Positions 53,086 through 64,000 of a stretch of DNA of 64,000 nt are shown piece after piece (positions within the stretch are counted from its first letter, which is position 1; every line of letters begins with the position of its first letter). Source of the DNA: the human T2T-CHM13v2.0 reference genome, Homo sapiens; the NCBI RefSeq assembly GCF_009914755.1, contig NC_060928.1. One strand, written 5' to 3'. The notes beneath the pieces were generated by a model. It did not search any database. It was not told the DNA's origin and saw nothing but the letters and a program-made list of their open reading frames with translations. The translations under genes and the position numbers were made by a program.

Positions 53086-54867
53086 ATTCACTCTTCATCC
53101 ATCTGATCATGGGGAAATCAAAACAGCTGCTTACAATTACAGATTAAGGTAAAGGAAGCAAGTAAATAATCCAGTGATGATTCCCATTCTCTTGGTAGAA
53201 AACTGAGTCTGGGTTAGGCCTTGGATGAGGAAAGAGAAGCTGTTTCAAATTGTATGTCAGAAAAAAAAATGTGATTTAGCTCAGAAGGAACTTGTTAGTT
53301 GCTGATACATTCAGTATCCAAGATAAATGATAAAGCTCAGGAACTAAGAACAGATGAAACAATTGAAAACAATTGTGGGGGGCAAAATTAAGCTATTTGC
53401 TGATAGCTCTCTACTAAATTCAGCTCTTTGAATACACCCATCTCATTTGACTTTGCATCCACAATGACTAACATAAGTACTCAACAGATGTCTCCTGAAA
53501 TAAATGAAAAACAGTTGAAAAATTGGTTACTTTGTTCTTTTGAACCCACAATTTTTTCTACATAGCTGGGAACCTGAAAGTAAAATATTACTTTATCTGG
53601 TAAGATTTGCTTTCAGGATCAGAAAAAAATCTTGGCATGCAATTGCATGGTATAGTGACTGTGTGCTGAAGCTGAAAACTTCAAGATAAAATGTGGTGTG
53701 TCATGCCTTGTCATGTTAAAATTTTAACAAAATTATAATTTTTAAAATATCTGTTCCTTTTCCTGCTTAGCTTGTGGTTAATGGTTTAAAATGGATGTCT
53801 GTTAACTGATTACAAGTAGACTTCTCTAACCTTCCATTGAAAATAAACTTAAAGATCAGAAAATAAAACAAAAACAATACTCAAGACTAAAACTACAATA
53901 AAGTGCTGCTACAAAGCAAGAGACATTTTATATAATTTTGAATTATACAAATTTCATTCAAACCATTTTCATGGTTTTTGCTCCATTACAAACCACCTAC
54001 ATTATTTACTTAGTACATTTCTTTAAATAAGATTGAATTTTTTATTTATCCTTGAATTGAACAATAATATTTTTGCTATTACTTTTTTCTAAAATTTGGT
54101 TTTCAAATCTCTATGTCAGAATAGTTAGTGATATTTCTATGATGCAAATTAAACACAGCTAGTAACACATAGTACACATCCCTAATTTCTCATCATTTCT
54201 TTTAAAAATCTGATATAATTCCTCTTGTGAGAGTCTAAATAAAACAGCAACTTTCCCATCTTATTATAGTGATAAAAGTATAAGAGCGAAATCAGAAGAC
54301 ATGTATCATTTTTTATTTCTCTATTCAAAAAGTCTATGACTATATGAGAGGTTCTAGAGGAGAATAACATGTTTGGAATCTACAAAAAGATTCCATCATC
54401 ATCTATAATCATCCACAATAAGTCTGATACTTGAACTAAACATTTAAGCCATTTGCTTATTATTAGTTTTGTTATGCTTCCATCTTCTGTTCTCATTTTA
54501 AATGTACAGTTATGTGCACAAATATAAATTTATATAATGGCTTTCCTCATTTCCACATTCCATTCATTGACCAATTTTACTACATCTAAGAATGCTTAAT
54601 ATAAGTCCTATAGATTATGATTAAATGCGTACAAATTGACAAGCTTATTTCACTCGATTTGGGCTCTTGAAAATAGTTTTCATATAATGTATTGCAGTAA
54701 AGCCTAAATATTAATTAAGTCAAATTTTATTACATTCAAAGAACAGATATTGTGTGTCTGCCCTATGCAATGTTGTGTACTTGTTCAGTGGGAAATGCAA
54801 AAATTAATAATGCTGTGATAACAATTTTGCTATGAAAAACTTGCTATTAATTATAATAGAGATATGA

Positions 54868-57800
54868 ACAATGTCACACCTCAAGAAACTAGAGAAACAA
54901 AAACTAAACCAAAACCCAACAGAAGAAAGGAAGTAAAGATCAGAGCAGAAGTAAATGAAATTGAAACAAAAAAATACAAAAGATAAATGAAACAAAAAGC
55001 TGGTTCTTTGAAAAGATAAAGAAAATTAATAGACTATTAGTGAGATTACCCAAGAAAAGAAGAGAGAAGATCCAAATAAGCTCAATTAGAAATGAAATGG
55101 GAGTTCTTACAACCAATACCACAAAAATATAAAAAATTATTCAAGGTTACTATGAACAACTTTTTGCACACAAACTAGAAAATCTAGAGGAGATGGATAA
55201 ATTCCTGAAAATATACAACCCTCCTAGATTAAATCAGGAAGAAATAGAAACTCTGAATAGACCAATAATGAGCAGCAAGATTGAATCAGTAATAAAAACA
55301 TTGCCAACAAATAAAGTCCAGGACCAGATTGATTAACAGCTAAATTCTATCAGACATTGAAAAAAGAATTGGTACCAATCTTACTGAAACCATTCCAAAA
55401 AATAGAGACATAGAGAATTCATCCTAAACCATTCTCTGAAGTCAGTATCACCCTAATACCAAAACCAGGAAAGGATATAACAAAAACAGAAAACTGCAGA
55501 TGACTATTTCTGATGAACATAGATGCAAAAATCCTCAACAAAATACTAGCTAATCAAATCCAACAGCATATCAAAAAGATAATATATCACGCTCAAGTGG
55601 GTTTCATAACAGGAATGCGGGGATGGTTTAACATGCACAAATCGATAAATGTAATAAATCACATAAACATAATTAAAAACAAAAATCATATAATCACCTC
55701 AACAGATGCAGAAAATAGCATTTGATAAAATTTAGCATGCTTTATGATGAAAAAAAAAAACCCTCAACAAAATTGGCCTAGAAAGGACACACCTCAAAGT
55801 AATAAAAGCCACCTGTGACAAACCTTCAGCCAACCTCGTACTAAATGGGGAAAAGCTGAAAGCATTTCCCTTGAGAACAGGAATAAAACAAGGATGTCCA
55901 CTTTCACCACTTCTATTCATCATAGCACTGGAAGTTCTAGACAGAGGAATCGACAAGAGAAAGACATAAAGGGCATCCCAGTCAAACTGTAACTGTTCAT
56001 TGATGATATGATTGTTTACCTAGAAATCCCTAAAGACTTCTCTAAAATACTTCTAGATTTGATAAATAAATCCAATAAGGTCTCAGGAAACAAAATCAAT
56101 GTACACAAATCAGTAGCACTCCTGTACACCAACAACCACCAAGCTGAGAATCAAATCAAGAATTCAATTCCTTCTACAGCAGCTGCAAAAAAATAAAATA
56201 CTTAGAAATATACTTAACCAAGAAGGTGAAAGATCTCTACAAGGAAAACAAAGCACTGATGAAAGAAACCATAAATATTACAAACAAATGGAAACACATC
56301 TCATACTCATGGATGGGTAGAATCAATATTGTGGAAATGACCATATTGTCAAAAGCAATCTGCAGATTCAATGCAATTCCCATCAGAATACTTTCAGGAT
56401 TCTTCACAGAACTAGTAAAACAATTCTAAAATTTATATGGAACCAAAAAAAGAAAAAAAAGCCCACATAGCCTAAACAAGACTAAGCAAAAAGAACAAAT
56501 CTGGAGGCATCACGTTACCCAACTTTAAATTATACTACAAGATTATAGTTACCAAAACAGCATGGTACTGGTATAAAAATAGGCACATAGACCAACAGAA
56601 TAGAGAACCTGAAATAAATCCAAATACTTACAGCCAATGTTCTTTGACAAAACATACAAAAGCAAAGGACACCCTATTCCATAAAAACTGGAAAAACTGG
56701 CAAGGCACATGTGGAAGAATGAAGCTGGATCTTCATCTCTTACCTTATACAAAACAAACTCAAGATGGATCAGATATTTAAATCTTAAGACCTGACCCCA
56801 TGAAAAATTTAGGGGATAACATCAGAAAAATTCTTCGTGACATGAGCTTAGGCAAAGAATTCAGGACTAAGACCTCCAAAGCAAATGCAGCAAAAAGATA
56901 AATAAATAAGTGGGACCTAATTAAACTAAAAAGCTTCTACACAGCCAAAGAAATAATCAGCAAACAGTCAACTCACACCGTGGGAGAAAATATTTGCAAA
57001 TCATGCATCTGACAAAGGACTAATATCTAGATCCTACAAGGAACTCAAATAAATCAGCAAGAAAGAAGCATATAATATCATCAAAAAGTGGGCTAAAGAC
57101 ATTGTATTATTCTGTTTTCATGCAACTGATAAAGACACGTCAGAGACTGGGCAATTTACATAGGAAAGAGGTTTAATGGACAACTCAAAGTTCCGTGTGC
57201 CTGGGGAAGCCTCAAATCATGGTGGAAGGTGGAAGGTGAAAGGCATGTCTCACATGGTGTTAGACAAGAGAAGAGAGCTTGTGAAGGGAAACCACCCTTT
57301 TTGAAACCATCAGATCTCATGAGACTTAGTGACTATCATGAGAACAGCACTAGAAAGACCTGCCTCCATGATTTAATTACCTCCATGGGGTACCTCCCAC
57401 AACATGTGGGAATTCACAATGAGATTTGGGTGGGCACACAGCCAAACCATATCATTCTGCCCCTGGCCCCTCCCAAATCTTATGTCCTCACATTTCAAAA
57501 CCAATCATGCCTTCCTAAGAGTCCCCCAAAGTTTTAACACATTTCAGCATTAACTCAAAAGTCCACAGTCCAGTCTGAGACAAGGCAAGTCCTTTCTGCC
57601 TATGAGCCTGTAAAATCAAAAGCAAGTTAGTTACTTCCTAGATACAATGGGGTACAGGCATTGGGTAAATAAAGCCATTCCACATGGGAGAAGTTGGTCA
57701 AAACAAAGGGACTAAAGGCCCCATGCGAGTCCAAAATCCAGTGGGGCAGTCAAATCTCAAAGCTCCAAAATAATCTCCTTTAATTCCATGTCTCATATCC

Positions 57801-59457
57801 AGGTCATGCTGATGCAAGAGGTGGGTTCCCATGGTCTTGAGCAGCTCTGTCACTGTGGCTTTGCAGGGTACAGGCTACCTCCCAGCTGCTTTCATGGTCT
57901 GGCATTGAGTGTCTGTGGTTTTCCAGGTGCATGTTGCAAGCTGTCAGTGGATCTACCATTCTGGGGTTGGGAGGATGGTGGCCCTCTTCTCACAGGCCAC
58001 TAGGGAGTACCCCAGGAGGACCTCTGTGTGGAGGCTTCAACCCCAACTTTTCCTTTCTTCACCACCCTAGCAGAGGTTCTCCATGAGGGCCCCACCCCTG
58101 CAGCAAACTTCTTCCTGGGCATCCAGGCACTTCCATATATCCTCTGAAATCTAGGCGGAGATTCCCAAACCTTAATTCTTGACTTCTGTGCACCCGCAGT
58201 CTCAACACCACGTGAAAGTTGCCAAGGCTTGGGGCTTCCACTCTCTGAAGCAACACCCAGAGCTCTACATTGGTTCCTTTCAGCCACTGCTGGAGCAGCT
58301 GGGGTGTAGGGCACCAAGTCCCTAGGCTGCACACAGCATGGGGACCTTGGGTCCAGCTCACAAAACCATTTTTTTCTTCTAGGCCTCTGGGCTTGTGCTG
58401 GGACAGGCTACCATAAAGACCTCTGACACGCCCTGGAGACATCTTTCCCATTGCCATGGGGATTAACATTTGACTTCTTGTGACTTATGCAAATTTCTGC
58501 AGCCATCTTGAATTTCTCCTCAGAAAATGGGATTTTTTTCCTATCACGTTTTCAGGCTGCAAATTTTCCAAACTTTTATGTATGCTCTGCTTCCCTTATA
58601 AAACTGAATGTCTTAAGCATCACGCAAGTCACCTCTTGAATGCTTTGCTGTTTAGAAATTTCTTCCGTCAGATACCCTAAATCATCTCTGTCAAATTCAA
58701 AGTTGCACAAATCTCTAGGGCAGAGGTAAAATGCTGGCCATTCCTTTTCTAAAACATAGCAAGATTCATCTTTGCTCCAGTTCCCGACAATTTCCTCATT
58801 TCCATCTGAGACCACCTCAGCCTGGATTTTTTTGTCCATATCACTATCAGCATTTTGAGCAAAGCCATCCAACAAGTCTCCAGGAAGTTCCAAACTTTTC
58901 CACATTTTCCCATCTTCTTTTGAGCCCTCTACACCATTCCAACCTCTGCCTGTTACACAGTTCCAAAGTTGCTTCCACATTTTTGGGTATCTTTTCCTCA
59001 GCACCCCACTCTACTGGTACCAATTTACTGTATTAGTCCGTTTTCATGCTGCTGATAAAGACATATCCAAGACTCAGCAATTTACAAAGAAAAGATGTTT
59101 AATGGCAAATTCACAGTTCCACGTGGCTGGGGAGGCCTTACAATCATGGCAGAAAGTGAAAGGCATGTCTCACATGGCAGCAGACAAGAGAGGAGAGCTT
59201 GTGCAGGGAAACTCTCCTTTATGAAACCATCAGATCTGGTGAGACTCATTCACTATCATGAGAGCAGCAGGGGAAAGACCCGCCCCCATGATTCAATTAT
59301 CTCCCACGGGATCCCTCCTACAACACGTGGGAATTCAAGATGAGATTTGGGTGGAGACACAGCTAAACCATATCAGACATGAATAATCATTCTCAAAAGA
59401 AGATATACAAACAGCCAACAAACATGAAAAAATGCTCAATATCACTAATTATCAGGG
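54868..59457 (+). mobile_element. L1PB-like ORF2 segment (frameshifted), truncated at both ends and split by a complete THE1
   Basis: RT peptides [24 protein letters not shown], (F)IDDMIVYL, KINVHKSVA and WMGRINIV; L1 resumes after 59375 with 'gacatgaataatcattctcaaaagaaga'. Confidence 0.92.
57103..59375 (-). mobile_element. Complete THE1B-like element (3' LTR 57103-57454, internal 57455-59028, 5' LTR 59029-59375)
   Basis: Two similar LTRs, THE1-int, intact 'gtaaattggtacca' junction after the 5' LTR on the minus strand; perfect TSD gacat (57098-57102 / 59376-59380). Confidence 0.96.
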
Positions 59458-59459
59458 GC

Positions 59460-60830
59460 ATTTATTTATTAGTTTATTTCTAAAGCATTTGAAATTAATT
59501 TGTAGACATTATTGCACTTAACCCTACATATTGCAACCTAAATTCTGGGAACTAAAACATACTCCTGTATAAGACCAATACCATAAATATATCCCATAAA
59601 AATGTTGATACAATACAATAAACTGAAATTATGATATAAAGTTTGTATTTAAGACTTCCCAATTATCTTGTTACTGTACTTTATAACTCTTCTTATGTTA
59701 TTATTTGCCTAAATATAGGATCCCATTGTGAGTCAGGTTTCATTTTCTTTGTCAGTGTCCTAAAGAAAGTTTCCCAGCCTCTTGTCTTTTGGGATCACTG
59801 ATATTTTTGAATAGTCAAAATCAGTTGCTTTTCATAACATCTCTCTGTTTGTCTTCATACAAATAGTTAAAAGTTATATATTATTGGCAAGAACACTCTC
59901 CAGGCAATGTGTGTACTATAAGGATGATTTCTTTTTTGAAAGGTTTTTAAGACATATTAAATCTCTTCAATAGATATAGGCCTATTAAGATTATTTCTTT
60001 TTGAGTAACTTTTGGTGGCTTTTTTTTTAAGAAATTAATCCATTCCATCTAGGTTTTCAAATTAATAGGCAGAGAGTTATTCATAGTATTTCCTTCATAT
60101 TATTTTAATATCTGTGACTACCCTTCATTCCCGAAGTTGCTAGATGTACTCTTTCTTTTTTTCTTGGCTAGTTGGCCAGAGCTTTATAAATTTTATTGTT
60201 TCTTCCCCAACAATTTTGATAATTTTTTCATTGACAATTTCTATTGTTTCCCTGTTCCCAATTTCATTGATTTTGCTCACATATTTACTATATAATACCT
60301 TCTTATTGCATTGTATACAAATTATCTTATTTTACTTGTTTCATAAGGTGGCTGTTAAGATTACTGATTTGAGATAATTTATTTTCTTCTAATAAAAATA
60401 GCCAACACTTTAAATGTCCCTCTACTCACTACTTCGCCTGAATCTCACATGTATTGATATGCTGCAATTTTATTTTTATTTATTTTACTATATTTTGAAA
60501 TTTCCTTCCTTCAAGACCTCCTACTTGATCCATATATTACTTAGAATTTTTTAATTTAATTTTTATGTTTGGGGTTTTTTGATATTTTTCTGTTACTGAT
60601 TTTAAATTTTAATCTATGATGAGATAAGAAAATATACATTTTTTTTAGTTTGTAGTGGTTTAATGAGCTAGAAAATGATCTATCTTGTTGAATGTTTCAT
60701 GTGCATTTGAGAAAATGTGTATTCTGTTGTTGAGCTGGGATTCAAATAGACTAATTTAGTTGATCATGTGTTCAGGTATTCTATATCATTATCAATTTTC
60801 TCTCTACTGCTCTATAATTTAATGGGAGAA
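59460..60830 (-). mobile_element. Old L1M fragments (L1MC-like 3' end, then an ORF2 piece)
   Basis: 'gatatttttgaatagt', 'ccattccatctaggttttcaaattaataggc' and 'ttgaatgtttcatgtgcatttgagaaaatgtgtattctg'. Confidence 0.7.
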
Positions 60831-61939
60831 AAGTCTTTATCTTTTATTTTAATACATATTGCTTATTGTTTTATATAGGGCAATTACTTTATCTCTTCAG
60901 TTAAGGCATAGTTTCAAATATCAAACTAGTTTTAAAAACTAGTTACAATTTATTATCCACAGACTCAATTATTATACAAGTATATAATAAAATTATTAGT
61001 TGGTGAACTAAATAAATTATTGTATTATTACTGCATAATTGTTATTACTCTACATAATCAAAATAGATTAAACATATTATTTATGTATCAAATCACTTCT
61101 ATTTGTTTCGTTTCTTTATATATTAATATGTCAAGATGCAGACCCGGACGTATTTTCAAGAAGAGTTCATTATAATGTCAGATGTTCATTGTGAGTGATT
61201 CTACTTTGTTTAAAACATTTTCAATAGTCTTTTTAAAAGCTAAAAACTTCCTGTGCTATTATTTTCTACTTGGAAATTAAATATCTAAACTAAATTTTAT
61301 CTCACTTATTAGCTTAGTATACTAGTACTACAGTTTGCAGAATCATGGAACATTTAATTAAATTGATTTTATGATATCATATTGCCTTAGGGAAACAAGC
61401 AATAATCTAATCTCACTTATAAATTAGAGCAGGGAACAGATACTATATTTTCCTATGTCTTACTAGTTGTGTTCTCTTTCATTATTATGAGTGCTCATAC
61501 CACACTCTAACAAAAAATTATGATAAAGAGAAGTAAAATAGGTGGCTCTAATGACTTACTTTCTTGGTATATGAATATAACTTCTATTTTCTTGTTAATG
61601 TTTGTCATCTGAGGAGTTACAACATTACCTGTTAATTTATCCAAGTTCCACATGACTACATCAATGATTGTGAGTTATACATAATAACCCTTTTAAGCTG
61701 AAAATTATATTTTAATGAAATATTATTGGGCATTGAAAAACTAAAAGGAGATAAAAATGAGTTTTGATATTCACTTTTAGTTTGCATTAAGTAATCTTAT
61801 AAAATAAATCATTAAAACTTTGATTGTTTTGATGAACACAACAGTTTGATTTTGTGTTATTAGTGATTCTTCTGCTCCTCTATTAGATTCTGCCTCACTT
61901 TGGTTCTGGGTACATGATATTGAGAGTGTTCTGGTTCCC

Positions 61940-62450
61940 ACAGAGAAATTGCTGTTACTTTATTTTAGCAGCTCCTCTTACAATCTCAAACTACTCTTCA
62001 GTTTCATATCAGTTTCCCTGCTGAACTCTCTGAGCTCATCTCCCTTCGATTTTTTCCTTGCTGATTTCACTTTGGTCACCCAGATCTCTGCTGGTCCTTG
62101 ATGGGCAGGACTTTCTGTTAGGGCTTTCACACTTGCACTTCCCAGAACACTCTACCCTAAGAATTTCTAAGGGATTTGCCATCCCCTCAGATCTCTGCTC
62201 AAATATCATCTCATTAGATAGGTATTTCAAAACCATTACTCTTCTGCTCATTTTTTTTATACATTCTTACAGTGACTTAGCATATTGTACAAGCATTTTC
62301 TATTGCTTATTTTCTCTCCTACCTTTCACCAACATTCCAGGTCCATGAAAGCACTTTGTTTTATTTATATCTATATTCCTAGAGCCTAGAGCTTTACCAG
62401 TAGGTAATGAACACTTAGGTAATATTATTTTTTATATTTATCACATGAAT
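61940..62450 (+). mobile_element. L2 3' end
   Basis: 'ctcagatctctgctcaaatatcatctc', 'ctatattcctagagcctaga' and 'gtaatgaacacttaggtaatatt'. Confidence 0.7.
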
Positions 62451-63214
62451 TAATGAGGATAACATGCCATGAATTGATGTATTAAAGCTTGTATTGCTAT
62501 TAATTTCTCATGCACATATGTCTTGAAGTACTGTATATTGGTATGCTTTTATTTGTACAAACCCACACAACTTTAGATTCAAAAACAAAGCAAAGCAAAA
62601 ACAATGCAGAACTGCTCACGTCTTTACTCATTATACTTTTTCAAAACATTCTAAACATAAGAAACAGCCATGTCAAGAGATGAATAGCACAAAATCTTAG
62701 CTAAACTGAGAATACACATTTACTTCTTGTGTCTCCAATGTGTTAAAATGTGCTACAATATTCAAGTGCTTTAGCTTCTCTTGAAACTTTTAAAACATTG
62801 TTCATATTTATAACATTTGATTCCAGTATTTGTGAAAACCCTTGAAGCATCGCTGTAGAACTGTAGATCTTCACAGAGCACAAGTAGAAAACCACTAAAG
62901 AAGAGGAATCTAGATCTCAACAGAAGATGACTCTTATGTAACCAGACAGAAAAGGCAGAAAGCAGGCTATGGTAAAATCCATTTTTATTATAAAACTCTT
63001 AGCCAAGGGATCACTTTTATAAAGTGGGGCTGCCATAAAGCTAAAGGACTTCAGGAGACCTCTTCTGTCTTGAGGAGGGTCCAAATCTTAATCCCCACTC
63101 CTGGATAGAACTGCTTTCAAAATATTCACAACTCCAAAGGGATAAACATTAATTAGGTTTCAAAGTCAGACATCTGCAACTAACATTTGTACTTACAGCA
63201 TTTAAAAAATGTGC

Positions 63215-63560
63215 CGTAGTTCAATAGGTATGTACTGACTGTCTACCATGTGCAAAGAATTAGGAGGCACGGAAGGGGCTACAGAATAAATCAGCACTTT
63301 ATTCATTCAACAATTATTTTTTGAGCTGCCACTATGTACAAGATATTGCTCAAGACCAAACAATCAAAAAATTGCCAGCCTTATGGAGCTGGAGGAATTA
63401 AGAAAGATTCACTGAAGGAGAAAAAATTAAAAGCATGGTACTTTAGGGGCATATATATATACTAAAGGTAATAATGTGAGCTAAGGAACACAAGTGAGGA
63501 CAAGCAGGGTAGTTTCTGAGAATGGCCCAGGTACTTTGTGTTAGTTAAATGTAGATAAGC
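63215..63560 (-). mobile_element. L2 3'-end fragments
   Basis: 'attcattcaacaattattttttgagctgccactatgtacaag' and 'gccagccttatggagct'. Confidence 0.6.
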
Positions 63561-63606
63561 AATAAGAGATACATATACAGAGATAGGTAGCATTCATATT
63601 CATATT

Positions 63607-64000
63607 TGTGATCATTAATTTTATGTGTCAACTTGACTGCATTAATGGATACCATGATAATTAGTAAAACATCAGTTCTTGGTGTGTCTGTGAATCTTTA
63701 AGGGTGTTTCTGAAAGAGATATGGACTGAGTAAGATTTGAATCAGTGAACTGAGTAAGGAAGATTTGCCCTCACCGATAAGGGAAGGCATCATCCAATCC
63801 ATTGAGGACCCACATACAACAAAAAAAGTAGAGGAAGGAAAGATAATGTCTCTCTTCTTGAGCTGGCTCATCTATCTTATCTTTCCTTTGAATATCAGAG
63901 ATCCTTGTTCTTGAGTCTTCTGATTCAGACTGAATTGGACCACCAACTTTTTCAGTTCCCTGCCTTACAGATGGCGTACTGTGAGCCTTGCAGATGGCAT
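63607..64000 (+). mobile_element. MLT2B-like ERVL LTR (runs off the window end)
   Basis: 'tgtgatcattaattttatgtgtcaacttgactg', 'ctgagtaaggaagatttgccctcacc' and 'gcatcatccaatccattgagg'. Confidence 0.88.

Noticed and set aside
55513-56429. Reverse-transcriptase-like peptides
   Set aside because: These are frameshifted fragments of L1 ORF2, not an intact or novel RT system.
62800-63200. Unique segment with posterior-HOX-like motifs (ccataaa, ttttat)
   Set aside because: These motifs are expected by chance in AT-rich DNA, and there is no other support.

Overview
AT-rich, repeat-dense human intergenic or deep-intronic DNA. A minus-strand Alu at about 34.9-35.2 kb carries all six substitutions I recall as diagnostic for the human-specific AluYg6 subfamily. 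I find no supportable protein-coding gene, RNA gene, CRISPR array or prokaryote-type system. The supplied ORFs are short and are either transposon-derived or chance AT-rich ORFs. Much of the window is layered transposon fossil record. SINEs are Alu (J, Sp, Yg6) and MIR. LINEs are L2, old L1M, an L1PB-like ORF2 and an end-to-end L1PA13-like element with a large ORF2 deletion. LTR elements are three THE1 solo LTRs, one complete THE1, one complete MSTA, MLT1/MLT2 LTRs and an LTR12C-like solo LTR. DNA transposons are two MER20, MER30 nested in MER47, MER58B, MER5 and Tigger2. The most interesting items are a ~115-bp locally templated insertion, the young AluYg6, an intact-looking LTR12 promoter, a perfect DUX4 motif in a THE1 LTR, an inverted Alu pair and several motif-rich unique segments that may be enhancers. 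I did not find a novel biological system. Subfamily calls come from remembered consensus sequences, and boundaries of old elements are approximate.
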